DNA from: Octopus vulgaris
Taxonomy: Eukaryota
Direction: 5' to 3'
DNA length: 64,000 bases
Assembly: GCA_951406725.2 (NCBI GenBank)
Contig: OX597835.1
Coordinates: 18,848,001 to 18,912,000 of the forward strand
In this document: positions 27,200 to 42,409 of the stretch, one piece after another
Layout: the number at the start of each line of letters is the position of its first letter
How positions within the stretch are numbered: position 1 is the first letter of the stretch
The notes under the pieces: generated by a model
The model's input: the letters and a program-made list of their open reading frames with translations, nothing else
What the model was told of the DNA's origin: nothing
The model's database searches: none
Program-made: the position numbers and the translations under genes

Positions 27200-29470
27200 A
27201 CCTGAGGAACACTGTTACTTCAACTTTCCGATTTATATCTGGTGTCTCTGATCGTTTTATGTACTTAAATTTGGTTTTCTTGCGCTGGTGTGTTATCATA
27301 GGTTATTTAGTTTGGGGTTGTATTTTTTAATGAACATATTTTCCTTATCTAATCGGAATTGAGCCGACGCGTTTCCGATGCATTGGAAACGAAAAAAAAA
27401 TCTGTTATTTCGCATTTATGTTTCCAAGGCATTGATCTAAGCGTTTACTTACAGGAATTTTCTTGGTTGTGGGGTCCTGAATCTGTTGCCTTAGTACTGT
27501 CAGTCTGTTCTTCAAATTCAAGCTTGTTTGACTTATGTAGACCCATCACAGCTACTATATTTTGAACATAGATTAAGTTCTTCGATGCACAGGAGGAGTG
27601 ATTCTTTATGTTGAATATTTGGCATGACTTGATTTCATATATCGAAGCGGAAATTATGGTTATGCAGATTCTGTATTTATGGCAGTTGCATTTATTAACC
27701 AGCGAGGTTGTTTCTTGGTGGATAATTTGACGCTGGTCATAACCTTTTTAGAGATATGTGTTGTCTTAATTTTCTGTACTTCGTGAGCATTTACATTGAC
27801 AGGTCGTTCCGCGCGGGGAGGATATTCTGATGGATGTGTTGTAAGCTTCCAATTTTCTTCGATTGTGTGTTGATAAGTGAGACAAAGTTTTACCTGTGTC
27901 AGGAGATGTTTTAGTTTTTCGTAATTCATGGATATCTATCGTTTTTGTACATTCTCCTCCCATTTAGCTTAAACTAACCGGCTATTTTCTCTCATGTAAT
28001 TTTTACAAATTTCTTGGATTCGTTCATATTGAGCTTCGGGATTTGATACAATCGTGTAAATTCTTCTTGTCATGCTAAACGGTATATTGATTGTAGTATG
28101 TTTGGGATGACAAGACGAGAATAGTAGATGCTTTGAGGTAAATGGTTTAAAGTAGATATCGGTTTCTATGACAGGATCACTTTTTATAATTAATATGTTC
28201 GAAAGTGTAGCCTCTTATGATTTTGTTACATAGTAAATTGAATACTGTGGTTAATATTGTTAAATATTGTTAATTAAGTTTTAAATTCCAAGAGTTTTCC
28301 AGGTCATGTGACCACAAAATAGAAAAGTCCCTCAGGTAGCGTATCCAGTTGGCGAGTAAGTATTTGTGGACGTGGTCACCAAATTGCAATCTAACGTGTT
28401 CGTATACTTGCATTTCCAAGTATGCCACTACAAGGCTTGCAAAAGTATTGGTTACTTTAGTTCCCATTGCAGTACCAGATTTTTGTCTGACGTTGTTTTC
28501 GTTGAAGTTAATAAGTTATTTTGTAGGATGAATTTTAGTCCCTCCATGATGTATCCTATTCCATTTCTGTCTAGAATGTCATTCAGGATTATTCTAGCCA
28601 AACCTGTATAGCTTCTATTCCGTATTCGTGAGGAGTCGAGGCTTAAATGTGTATTACATCCAATGAAACTAAAAGAGTATTCATACTGGTTTTGCTCGGA
28701 ATAAGGTTTAAAACGTCCCGGTTATCTCTTACGAAACTCGCAATATGCTGAAGAAGACGCCTTAGGACGACGACAGTGACGTTACAGGAAGAGCTGACCA
28801 CAGTTGGCCTAATTCTGTGATCTCTCTGATGTCGAATATTAATGTTTAAAGAAGCTGATCTGCTACAGGCTTCATTCAAGTTTTCACTTTTCCGCATGTT
28901 TAAGAATACGTAAAACTTTCTGGTCTTGCAATAAAATTTTAAGTAACCCCTTTCCTTTCTCGTTAAATCTTGTTGCAACCTATGGATAAGAGTAGCAAGC
29001 TTTGTCATTATTTTGAACAGACTTTTGTTTTCGATTTTGTCGTAGTATGTATTGTCTTGACGGAGGTAGTATTTATGTATTGATGTGACTCCATGGTGAC
29101 AACAACACTCCCCATATCAGGTTCTTTTGGATCTGTTTTATGATTATCCTTGACATCATTAATGATTTCCCATTCCTCTGGGCTTTTATTTGTTTCAAAT
29201 TTTGGATTTGGGAGTAAATTATGGGGGAAATTAGATTGAAGTTCAACCCCACACCTCAAAAATTAAATTTAGATGAGATACAGAATGATATTCAGGAAAT
29301 GTGTAGAAAACGAGGTTACTGAAAAACTATTTGTTAAAAAAAAATGATGATTCCTCAATACTTCTTAATAGATCCAACTACTGTCCCAACAAAAGGGGAA
29401 ACCACACTCTAATTAAATTTTGTAATTTGGTATCCAGGGGAATTTGGGCTAGGTCATAAACCAGAATTTC
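27200..29470 (-). mobile_element. Penelope-like element, RT plus GIY-YIG, frameshifted
   Basis: IRPTVVS..LLVSLDV; SGTAMGTKVTNTFASL..WIRYLRD; ETDIYFKP..SSCHPKHTTINIPFS..RRIYTIVS; CASKNLIYV; RLDKENMFIKKYNPKLN. Confidence 0.9.
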
Positions 29471-29519
29471 CAGCCTTGCCTCGAGACTAAATTAGAATAA
29501 ACAAGTAAATATGATAATG

Positions 29520-30369
29520 ATGGAGTGCTTTTGTCGGAGCATTCCAGTAGAGGCAAATGGCTTACGTTTAGAGGATAAGACAACGAATACAAAGGAATAA
29601 GAGGGTATGGAACTGTTTGAAGCTACAGAACAGAGATAATGTGATCAAGCAAGAGCAATACGGAAAAATTGGTGGTTATTTCAATCGGAGTTAGAAGCTA
29701 TCAAAAGATGGATACCTAGCAGTGCTGAGTATATGAGAAACGAAAGTGACATATTGAAAGAAATGGGCAATTGAAAACAAGAATATACTGGTGTGAGTGG
29801 TGAAAGAATAGAAATAAGAGAACATCTAATCGATGAAGACTAGATGATAATGAAGAGGTTTTGGGATCTATCAAATGCAGAAGGGACAGAATTTATGTGT
29901 GACTTCAAGAAGGCTGACAATAGAGGTTAAATCAAGAAGCAAGGAAAGTCAATAATATATTGAAATACATTGAAACAAAGAAGATCACACAAACATCAGG
30001 GCTGCAAGTAGGAATGTTGCACAAAGAAGTGGATTGAAGATCAATGGAAACCGAACATTGAAAGAAAAGGAAATAAACCACCTTGGTGGAAAGTGGGAAT
30101 ATCAGAAGCTATAAGCTCTCAAAACAGTGACGTGCCAATACTTGATAGGAAAAGTGAAGTAGAATTGAAAAATGATCTTAGGTTTGAGAAAGTGAAGACG
30201 TATTGAGTGGCTGTGTGGTAAGTAGCTTGCTAACCAACCACATGGTTCCGGGTTCAGTCCCACTGCGTGGCATCTTGGGCAAGTGTCTTCTGCTATAGCC
30301 CCGGTCTGGCCAATGCCTTGTGAGTGGATTTGGTAGACGGGAAACTGAAAGAAGCCTGTCGTATATACG

Positions 30370-30410
<41 letters not shown>

Positions 30411-31330
30411 ATATGTTTGTGTGTCTGTGTTTGTCCCCCTAGCATTGCTTGACAACCGATGCTGGTATGTTTACGTCCCCGTTACTTAGCGGTTCGGCAA
30501 AAGAGACCGATAGAATAAGTACTGGGCTTACAAAGAATAAGTCCTGGGGTCGATTTGCTCGACTAAAGGCGGTGCTCCAGCATAGCCGCAGTCAAATGAC
30601 TGAAACAAGTAAAAGAGAGAGTAAAGAGTATTGAGTTGACACAAAAGACTGAATGTTCTGATTGAAGAGCTAAAGCTGTGCATATTTGCAAAGAAAGCGA
30701 AACTAACTAGGCTTGTGCAACGGATTAAATATTAGCTGTAAAACTGATTGTTTAGAATCGACCAAAGATGAATTTATTAAGAAATTAACGATGATTTAGC
30801 ATACAGATGAAAGTCGATGGATTTGGGTGAAATATAGAGCAAACAGGAATAATATGATCCTGCAGTCTGAATCAAACCACTTCTTTATCTCTAGCAAGAA
30901 GCTTTTCTCTTTACCGAAGATAGTATCAGTAATGTGAGAATAAATATGAAAAGTTGGAGAGCGGTAGAACCTGATGGTGTGTTGGTATTTTGGATAAAAA
31001 AATGTTCAGTCGGTGTCATAAGTTGATTGTAGAGACTGATCCAGCCGAAGATATTTCAGATCGGTTAACCAAACGACTAACGGTGTTGTGATTGACTGAT
31101 GTATCGAAAGGAAACGCTGTCGACAATTACAAGCCAATTCCTTGTTTTCTGTTAATATGGATTTTACTGTCAGGAGGGACGTCATTAGAAATGTACACAG
31201 ATTTCTTGATCTTAATGGGATTTTACCAATGGAACAAAGAAGTCGTAGAAGAAAATCCAGAGTTACCAAAAAATATGCAAACGAACTGCATTGATTATAG
31301 TAAAGCTTACAATATTATTCCACATTCGTT
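29520..31330 (+). mobile_element. Decayed R4/Dong-like LINE RT region interrupted by a SINE
   Basis: LNVLIEELK..; NMKSWRAVEPDGVLVFWIKK (~NWKAPGPDGVQGFWIK); DNYKPIPCFLLIWILLSG (~NYRPITCL..WKLLTG); CIDYSKAYNIIPHS (~WIDYKKAYD.VPHS). Confidence 0.8.
30205..30630 (+). mobile_element. SINE family A with 9 bp TSD
   Basis: GTATTGAGT at 30200-30208 and 30628-30636; near-identical to the 26656 copy. Confidence 0.93.
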
Positions 31331-31332
31331 GA

Positions 31333-31417
<85 letters not shown>

Positions 31418-31529
31418 GTGTATATATAGATAGATATATACATATATACACGCATACATCATACACACGACGAGCTTCTTTCAGTTTCTCTCTACCAACT
31501 CCACTCACAAGGCTTCGGTCGGCCCGAGG

Positions 31530-31593
<64 letters not shown>

Positions 31594-31599
<6 letters not shown>

Positions 31600-31724
31600 A
31601 AGGAGCTTCTACAGGACTAGAACTGTTTCATTCAAAAGAAATCATCAGGAAGCACCTGATGATTTCTTCCTGATGATTTCTTTTGAATGAAACAGTTCTA
31701 GTCCTGTAGAAGCTCCTTCTATAA
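31594..31724. repeat. Perfect 59 bp inverted repeat with hammerhead-like core, next to (TA)n
   Basis: 31594-31652 is the exact reverse complement of 31666-31724; 13 nt spacer. Confidence 0.92.
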
Positions 31725-31796
31725 AATAAATTAATTTACTCTGATATGTATTGAGTACCTTATTTACTGTTGTTAACCCCGACTCAACCCGGGACC

Positions 31797-31858
<62 letters not shown>

Positions 31859-32396
31859 CCGCAAATGAAAGATGGTAATAAGTCCCGGGGTCGATTTTTT
31901 TCGACAAAAACACTTTAAGGCGGTGCTGCAGCACACCCGCAGTCAAATAGCTAAAAACACATAAAAGGATAAAAGAAGCCAAAAGTGTACTTGTGGGTGT
32001 ATGCTTATATGTCTATGCACATATATACGAATACATACAAACATGGTATACAATGTACATGTGCGTGTATGTGTTAATGTGTCATGTTAATGTTTTACAT
32101 AAACACACGCTGATAACATTTGTGTGGAGAAACACTCTTTCATCCAAATGAAATGAAAAGAAAAATCTCACAGTCCCCATGGATATCGGATAAAATACAT
32201 CATGCTATTTTCTACACTTTGCTGCAACTGTTCCACGGACCACCGAATTGTTTCAAAGATATAGTGACAGATAAGATGAAAATAAATCTGCAGCCAGCAG
32301 ACATGTCAACGAATACAACCAAACCCATTGTCAGCTTGTCGAATACTTAGCCGTCAGCAATACTAAACTGCCAACACTATTTTTGCAATATAACAG

Positions 32397-32782
32397 GTGG
32401 AAGCACTCCGTCGGTTACGACGATGAGGGTTCCGGTTGATCCGAATCAACGGAATAGCCTACTCGTGAAATTAACGTGTAAGTGGCTGAGCACTCCACAG
32501 ACACGTGTACCCTCAACGTAGTTCTCGGGGATATTCAGCGTGACACAGAGAGTGACAAGGCCGGCCCTTTGAAATACAGGTACAACAGGAACAGGAAGTA
32601 AGAGTGAGAGAAAGTTGTGGTGAAAGAGTACAGCAGGGATCACCACCATCCCCTGCCGGAGCCTCGTGGAGCTTTAGGTGTTTTCGCTCAATAAACACTC
32701 ACAACGCCCGGTCTGGGAATCCAAACCGCGATCCTACGACCGCGAGTCCGCTGCCCTAACCACTGGGCCATTGTGCCTCACC
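32397..32782 (-). mobile_element. SINE family C, full length
   Basis: Near-identical to 23371-23753. Confidence 0.92.
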
Positions 32783-33404
32783 GTGAGTAGACCAAATCGA
32801 TATCAATCTTCAAGAAGAGATGAACACTACAAGCTACAACGATCCACCATCACATTTACTTCTGTTGTGGGGCTTCACTGAGGTTTACTGGATTTATAGT
32901 TCTCTTGGAAGCCACTGCAACAGATTTCCTTTCTCATACTACCTTTCTATCTATTTGTCTGTATATCTATCTGTCTATCTCAGGCCTACTACATTTCGTT
33001 TCCTTCTGAAGCATGAACTCTCAAGGGATAGATGCATTAGAGTAATGTGAGAAAGGTAAAAATATTTTAACGAAATCTACCTTTGATTACTATCGCCTTG
33101 AGTTTGGTCCTCTTGGAAAACACATAATCGTGCTATCCAGGATTAATTGTTCAGATTACTGTACATGTCATTTTAGAAACTTCGAAACGTGTTTCTTCAT
33201 GAAGGAATTATCTAAATGCACACAGGAATAGTATCTCCAACTACAGCATATATATATCTACAAGGTTTTATATTCCAGATGTAACGTTTACAACGAGTGA
33301 GTCCTAAATGCACACGGGCGTAACTCGTTCAGACAAAGACTTTACATATGTGGTGCGTGTTCTCAGTCCAAATCCAGAGAAGGTAAATAGTTCAATTTCA
33401 TAAC

Positions 33405-33755
33405 AGACGCAAACATGGCTGTGAAGTAAGACGTCTGTTTCCCAACCACATGGTTGCGGGTTCAGTCCCGTAACGTGGTACCTTGGAAAATTTCTTGTAC
33501 TATAGTCTCAAACCGAGCAAATCTTTGCCTCTGGATTTAGTAAAGGGAAACTGAAAGAAGCCCGTCTTATGTGTGTGTGTGTGTGTGACTTTGCGTCTCT
33601 TTGTCTCCATCACAGTTTTACAACCGGTGGTGGTGTGTTTACCTCCCCCTAATAAACTCCATACTTAACTACAGAAAATATGTACTGGGGTCGATTCTTC
33701 AAGGCGGTGCTCCTGCATGGCTACAGTCTGATAACGGAAGCAAGAATAAAAGAAC
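33405..33755 (+). mobile_element. SINE family A, degenerate
   Basis: CAACCACATGGTTGCGGGTTCAGTCCC..GGAAACTGAAAGAAGCCCGTC..AAGGCGGTGCTCC. Confidence 0.8.
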
Positions 33756-34326
33756 AATATTAATGCCACTATCTACAGAATATGACTTCAATAACTAACA
33801 ATAGCGTTTCTAGAATTATTTTTACATATGGGCTGAGTAAAGGGGACGGATATCCTCAAAGTTATACGTGCATCACATACCTTCGTGTGCATACGCTCTT
33901 ATTTTACTGAGGCGCAAACATAATATATGAGATTTGAAAAGCATTTTGTCCTACACTAGTCGGCAAGAAGAACAAAATATCACTATAGTCACTCTAGACA
34001 AGATATCATTGCGGTTAATATAAACGAGATATCACAGCTCTTACTATAGACAAGAATATATTTGGCAATAAATTTGTGGAAAATAATAAAGATATCGGCA
34101 TCAATGGATTAGAAATTTTGAACGTTAATGTAAGATTTATTTCAGCAATCAGGAAATTAGTTTCGCTTTAGTAACCGAGCTTAAATTTCTGAATAGGTCG
34201 AGCTAACTCTGTGAGAAAATTTTACGGTGTAGTTTGTAATAAATATAGTTTCCGTCAAGAAATTTCTAATATTTTTTAAACGTATTCTATGTAATCTAGT
34301 TGTGATCGCAACGAAAGAGTAATTAT

Positions 34327-34360
<34 letters not shown>

Positions 34361-34369
34361 GTGTGTGTG

Positions 34370-34417
<48 letters not shown>

Positions 34418-36183
34418 GTATATATATATATATGCATATATACACATACATACATATATATATATGTATTATATATATATGCATACATATATATATGTGT
34501 ATATATATGTATATATATATATATACGTATATATATGCATATATGTACATATATATATATATATATACATATATATATGTATATATATATATATATATAT
34601 ATACATGTACGTATAATTATATAGTAATATTTACGTGTCTACGCTAATATCTACGTGTGTATAAATACATGAATGCATATACGCACACATGCACGGACGT
34701 ACACGCATACAGACACACACAGGTACCACTATATGTACGTGTCTACATATATATATATATAGGTATACATACTTATGTACACACGGACACACGCAGCTAT
34801 ATATACACGCGTGCGTGTGTCTGTATATGTGTAAATGCATGCATACAGGCACACAACCATTATAAATATATATATGTGTGTGTTTGTGTGTGTGTATGCA
34901 TATTTTATATGGGCGATGTGTATGCATGTACACTCGTATTGAAGCACCCATTCGTACTTACATCCGCGTGTGTGTTTGTGTATGCGTATCTGATTATATG
35001 AGCGTGTGCACGTGTGCCTGACGTGTGGTTGCGTACATCTAGTTTAATGTTTATGTATGATGTCATATAACGAATGTTGGGAGGTGCAATGAACTATTCA
35101 CTGTAATGCATTTATGTTCTCTATGACAGCCTGAAGGTGAAGAAGTTTACGACGTTCATGTTTATATTTGACAGTGTCTTTCACTTCGATCGTAAAGAAA
35201 CAGCGATAACATAGGATACAAAACTGCACATAATGATACCACGTCCTGTTAATAATAAAAGACTAATAATGCTTATCAAGCGCTGTAACGTTTCACGACT
35301 ACAGAAAATGACCAGATGCCAATGGTGAGAAAATTTAATGCCTACTGATGAGAAAGAGGTGGATACAAACGAAACCATTAGTCGAATTATTCTCATATAC
35401 GATATTAAAATGGTAATAACAACTGCCAGTGTTAAGATTGCATTCCTGATATATAAAATACTAGAGAGGTTTCCAAATTGTCGATAGTCTTTCGTAAATT
35501 TATTGGCATATTTTAGATAATTTAGGACAAGTGATAAGCTATTAATATAACACTTCTATATGCTTTTAAAGAAAAATGACTTCCTGACTTAATCAAAATC
35601 ATAATTGTTTTCATTCTAATTTTAATGTAATATTTTAAATTGAAATGCATTTAATGTACATTTATAAGAGATCTAGAAAACAAATCACCCTACAATACCT
35701 GTTTTTTTTCTTTATGTATATTTTATTTCCTTTGTTTATATAACTTGTTTGATGTGCTCACCCCCAAAATAATAATTTGTGAATTGAAATTAACACGTAA
35801 ATTAAATAAAATGTGATTAATTTGAAAATAATAACAATTTGTGGAAATAAAAATTACAATTAAAAGAATGAAGAAAAGATTTAGAAATTTCATTTTATTA
35901 AATCATAGAAAGCTGTGTATATAAGGGGTGGTACATCACATGCACTGTTAAAGTTCAGATCACTACGGTTTATATAGAACTATGTGACGAGACAGCACTC
36001 AGATCTATGTTGAAGCCAATATTGGTTTTTACACAAGACCAGCAGCATCCGGGAAGAGCGTTACCTGAATGGGTAAGGAGGATGAGGGTTAGCTCAATAG
36101 GTACTTATTCTGTCGACCACTAAATGTTGAACAACGAAGTCGACCTCAGCAAAATTTAAACTGAGAACGTAACGACGGACGCG

Positions 36184-36641
<458 letters not shown>

Positions 36642-37448
36642 TAAACGAGAGACAACCACGGGACAAAATACCAGAACAAGTCTAACACTTCTTCACTTGT
36701 CGACTGTTGATTAGTCCATATTTCGAGCTTTCAAGAAAAACAATGGAAACCTTCATAAACAGTAGCATCCAGAAATTTTAAAAATAAAAAAAAACGTGGA
36801 GTGTTAGAGCTTCGAACGAACAATGACAGAGTGAACGTAGAGTGTAAACAGTCGACGAAGACAAACATTAATGGCCGTTAGGGCAGCGTGTATGTGTGTT
36901 AATATAGGTTTGAGTGTACGTGTGTTTTTGTGTGTGTATGTGTATTTGTGCGTGTGTATGTATGTGGGGTGTGTGTTTACCTACTTTTGCATATATACGT
37001 AACAAGCACATCTATATATAAAAGGCATACGTTTGGTTTCACTGTCTGACAACGTAATTTTCTTCACGAATTTTTTTCTTTTCCCCATTCACCTGCTTCT
37101 CATATTTTGTGCTTCCAAGTCGGCAAAGAATATATATTTTTAATCTTTGGGAATGAATATTAAATTTAGAAGAACTTTGGCCGTGTGTAGTAAAAGTAAT
37201 AAAAAATAAACAATAAGAAATATAATAACAAAACAGAACACATGAAAATTATATGAAGTAACGTTCTGGTATATTTTTGTTTTCAGTTCACCATATTGGA
37301 TGAAACTATTTCCGTCAAAACTAGGGCTAGTCACCATTTTTAAACATTTTCACAACTCTTACTTGTCGAGAACTTTCTTTTATTTAATGTATGTATTTTT
37401 CACTGTTCTTTTGTCTGTTTTTTTTGTTTCGTTGATTTTTCAGTCCTT

Positions 37449-37599
37449 TTTCTTCTTCTTCTTCTTCTTCTTCTTCTTCTTCTTCTTCTTCTTCTTCTTC
37501 TTCTTCTTCTTCTTCTTCTTCTTCTTCTTCTTCTTCTTCTTCTTCTTCTTCTTCTTCTTCTTCTTCTTCTTCTTCTTCTTCTTCTTCTTCTCCTTCTTA

Positions 37600-37631
<32 letters not shown>

Positions 37632-37940
37632 CTTCTTCTTTTTCTTCTTCTTCTTCGTCTCCTTTTCTTCTTCTTCTTCTTTTTCTTCTTCTTCTTCTTC
37701 TTCTTCTTCTTCTTCTTCTTCTACTACTACTTCTTCTTGACCCTCCTCCTCCTCCAACTACGACTACTACAGATGCTACTACTACAACTACTACCAGTAC
37801 CATCACTCCTGTCCTACTACTACTGCTGCTGCTACTACTACGGTTCCTGTTGCTACTGCTGCTCCTGTTACTACTACTACTACTACTACTACTACTTTTA
37901 CTACTACTACTACTACTGCTACTGCTGCTGCTGCTGCTAA
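37449..37940. repeat. (TTC)n followed by (CTA)n/(CTG)n compound microsatellite
   Basis: Direct repeats; source of the poly-F, poly-K and poly-E ORFs. Confidence 0.97.
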
Positions 37941-38070
37941 CTTTAAGCTTTCCTTCATATTTTTTTCGTATTTCATATTATTATTAGTATGTGTTTTCTC
38001 CTTGAAACGTTCCTCTTAACGTTCTAACATCGATGCATAAAAGCAAGGTATCATTCCTACTACTACTACT

Positions 38071-38480
38071 CCGAGTTCCGGGTGCTGAGGTGGAAATACA
38101 CGCCACCATCTCTTCAGTAATCCGGCCATCGGAAAGACGTTATGAAAAATGACCGTTATACAAAGGGAAATTACTGTTATTTAACCGCTATTAAGACAAA
38201 ACAACTATTCGAATGACCACTAAGTAAGGGAGTAAAGTAATGGGGTAAAAAGTTCATAGTATTCGCGTAAGCGCGCCTGTTCATACCTAAACATGTGCGC
38301 CCGCACACCCACGTTCGTGTGCATACATTCATCCACCCTCAGTAATTTCCCTTTGTATAACGGTCATTTTTCATAGCGTTTTTCCGATGGTCAGATAACT
38401 GAAGAGATGCCAGCGTGGATTTCCACCTCGGCATTCGAAACTCAGAGTTTTATCATGGCTACCGAATAATTGTCACATAT
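38071..38480. mobile_element. Fold-back element with about 105 bp arms, probably inverted PLE terminal repeats
   Basis: 38071-38176 approximates the reverse complement of 38340-38445; the right arm continues into sequence shared with 1760-1850. Confidence 0.8.
38394..38454 (+). ncRNA. Minimal type I hammerhead ribozyme motif with intact core
   Basis: GATAA/TTATC stem I; CTGAAGA; stem II GATGCC..GGCATTC; GAAA; short stem III CTCAGAG; GUU triplet at 38447-38449. Confidence 0.7.
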
Positions 38481-38491
38481 CACGTCTATAA

Positions 38492-38550
<59 letters not shown>

Positions 38551-38622
38551 CACACACACATATATATACATATATATAGAGAGAGAGACAGATATAGATA
38601 GATAGATAGATAGATAGATAGT

Positions 38623-38656
<34 letters not shown>

Positions 38657-38657
38657 C

Positions 38658-38726
<69 letters not shown>

Positions 38727-39456
38727 GATATAGATATATTCTCAGATGCTGAATAAAAAGCATGTTTGAAACTAATATTTCGAATGTTCACTGCGTGAAC
38801 TACCAGATTATTCAAGTTGTCTAAGTAGTGCTACTTTCAAGAAATTATTTTTCTCTGTAACATTTTTGTCTACGTGTAAGTAGGTTTCTGAATTTCGTTA
38901 CAGAAATGCTAAGACAAGCGATCCACGGTCGGTTCTAAGCAGGACTTCAACAGCTATTTTTTTTCACTATTGCCTTTATAAGCCACATTTTTTTTTTACA
39001 ATCTACATAATGACAGAGATACTGTAAGTATTCTGGTTCAGCTTCTTTATTATGACAAACAATAGCACAGATATTCGGGACCGAAAAAAACGATATATAT
39101 ATATATATATATATATAATTCATACGCATCTATAGAGTTGTGTATGCCAATACATATATGGTGCACATAATTCTTTATCAATAAGTGTTCGTAGTCTAGT
39201 CAGAAAATTTGTATGTCTGTAAATATTGCATTGCGCAAATGCATCTATTTTAATAAAATGTAAGAGACTAAATATATAGCCGCTGTCATTCGCACAAGTC
39301 TTTGATACTGAGATAATAAATATTTCCTACTTGGATGTTTTTTGCAATATTGCATTTCTATATGAACATTTATATATATGTATGTGTGTGTATGTACCTA
39401 TATATATATATATATGCATGCATCTAAAAACACCGTCCTATATCTATGCGTATAAA

Positions 39457-39495
<39 letters not shown>

Positions 39496-39670
39496 TATAA
39501 AGTATATATATATATATATATATATATATGCGTATAAAGTATATATGCTTGAATATAAGTAAATCACATTGTCACAAACTCACATATAACATATACATAT
39601 ACACTCACACACACCACACAAGCACACAACACATATACATAAATATACGCTGAAATGTATGTCGTTCTAA

Positions 39671-39701
<31 letters not shown>

Positions 39702-39922
39702 TGTGTATGTGTGTGTCTATGTGTTATTCCCAATGAGATTTGAACAACTGTAGATTATAAGAAAACTTGGAACGTGTGCTGAGAAAATATAACTCCTATA
39801 TTTTTGCAGTAATAATTTTTATTTTTTTTATTTTTTCACCATTCTTATTTCCGTAGCACCGAAATAAAAGACGAACCTACATTTAGCAGGCATTTTACAG
39901 AACAGACAAAACTATGTGCGTA

Positions 39923-39979
<57 letters not shown>

Positions 39980-40034
39980 CGCACATAGATTTGTCTGTTC
40001 TGCAAAATGCCTGCTAAATATATATATATATATA

Positions 40035-40090
<56 letters not shown>

Positions 40091-40289
40091 CAAATGAGCA
40101 CTTATTACATGACAAAACAAAGCAAAATATAAATGAGATATAAATACCTTATGGTTATTATAAGTGGAGCAAGATTTCATTGAGTAGTCATACAAACCTA
40201 CATTGGGGAGACATGTAAACAAAGAAGCATTCAGTGAAGAATGTAAGTAATAAGAGTTGCGATGACAATTGTGCTGGTGATGATAATGA

Positions 40290-40394
40290 TGAGGAGGATG
40301 CTGATGATGATGACGGTAATAATAATAACAATAATAATAATAATAATATTAAATAATAATAATAATCATAATAATAATAATAATAATGATGATG

Positions 40395-40426
<32 letters not shown>

Positions 40427-40464
40427 TAATAATAATCATAATAATAATAATAATGATGATGATG

Positions 40465-40510
<46 letters not shown>

Positions 40511-40627
40511 TAATAATAATAATAATAATAATTAATAATAACAATAATAATAATTAAAAAAGTAATAATAATAACCACAGCAATACTGATAATAATAATA
40601 ACAACAACAATAATAATATTAATATTA

Positions 40628-40670
<43 letters not shown>

Positions 40671-40764
40671 TAATAATAATAATAATAAAATAATAATAAT
40701 AATAATAACCATAGCAATACTGATAATAATAATAGCAACAACAACAATAATAATAATAATATTA

Positions 40765-40813
<49 letters not shown>

Positions 40814-41530
40814 TAATAATAACGATAATAGTAATAATAACATAGTTTCTCTAAGAATAAGAGCAAGAATACTGTGATGTTAGCATTTTATTGATTGTCA
40901 ACATGGTGTTACTTATGGTGCCCTTCAAATTCAGGTTCTTTGATGATGATGATCATGATGATGACAATAGTTATGTTCACGATGACGGTGATGGCTTGGA
41001 TGCTGCGGGAGACAAAGAAGCCGACGATGGGGACGATGCGGATAAATTTAGAGTGGAATGAAGAGAATCGCAAACGAAATTAAGTTTTTGGTGGCGAAAG
41101 TAATTATGAGGTTCTTGTAGTCGATGATGACGATGATGATGATGATGATGTGATCATGACCATGATTATTATGATGATAAATCGGACATCGTACTCCACA
41201 TGATGATACTGATGATCATGATGATCATGATGATGATCATGATGATGAAGATGATGATGATGGTGGTGATGATGATGATGATGGTGATGATGATACCGAT
41301 ATTGATGATGGTGATAATGATGTTGATTATAATAATGATGATGATATGATTATGATGATGATAATGGCAATGATGATGAAGACGAAAAATATGAAGATGA
41401 CGATGATGTTCATTATGTTGATGATAATGATGTTGATGACGATGACGACGACGAAGACGATGATGATGATGATGAGGATGATGATGATGATGGCGACGAC
41501 GTCGACTACGAAGTTGCTGATGATTATGAT
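40290..41530. repeat. Degenerate (AAT)n/(GAT)n low-complexity tract
   Basis: Trinucleotide repeats. Confidence 0.95.
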
Positions 41531-41973
41531 GATGAAGCAAGCGGTAATGTTTCAGACGAAATACTCGAGCTGAAATATGTATCATGATATTAAATTATTT
41601 TTCACTAAAGAACAAAAGACAAAAAAAAAACAACAACAACAAAAATAAGAAAGAAAAATATAAACAAATAACAAAGAAACAGAGAGAGAAAGAAAAAAGT
41701 GCGAGAACTGTAAATAAAAATATAAAACTATGCTTTCGTCTTTCAGTGAATTTTAAAAATATAAACAGCAAATGCTGTTACTATCAGACACGCTAGCACG
41801 TACGTACATACACATACACGAAAGCATATATTCTTCTTATATGCAAATGCATATATGCAAACAACCGTACGGTCATGCAAACGCACAGACATGTGTATGT
41901 GAGTGATTGTTTATAGACACATATGTATAGATTTGTATTGATGTGTATAATTTTTCCATTTGCATATTTGCAG

Positions 41974-42039
<66 letters not shown>

Positions 42040-42078
42040 ATATGTTTGTATATATGTGTGTGTGTGTCTGTCTGGCTG

Positions 42079-42121
<43 letters not shown>

Positions 42122-42326
42122 TTATTTATATATTTTTACATAGATATGTATATGCATATATATTTGTACATATACGTATGTATGTGTATAGTTATAGATA
42201 ACTGTGCCTAACTACATCTATATATATAAGTTTATGAGTGTGTGTGAGTGTGTGCATGTATGTGTGAGTGTACATATATATGTATTTATGAAATGTTCTG
42301 TTTGTGTGTGTATATATATATTCATA

Positions 42327-42358
<32 letters not shown>

Positions 42359-42375
42359 CTAATATGGATATATGC

Positions 42376-42409
<34 letters not shown>

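Noticed and set aside
35340-35395. CTGATGA..GAAAC..GTC hammerhead-like string
   Set aside because: Stems I and II do not pair
39446-39545. Three ATGCGTATAAAGT units with variable spacers, superficially CRISPR-like
   Set aside because: Spacers are just (TA)n; slippage duplication in eukaryotic DNA with no cas genes
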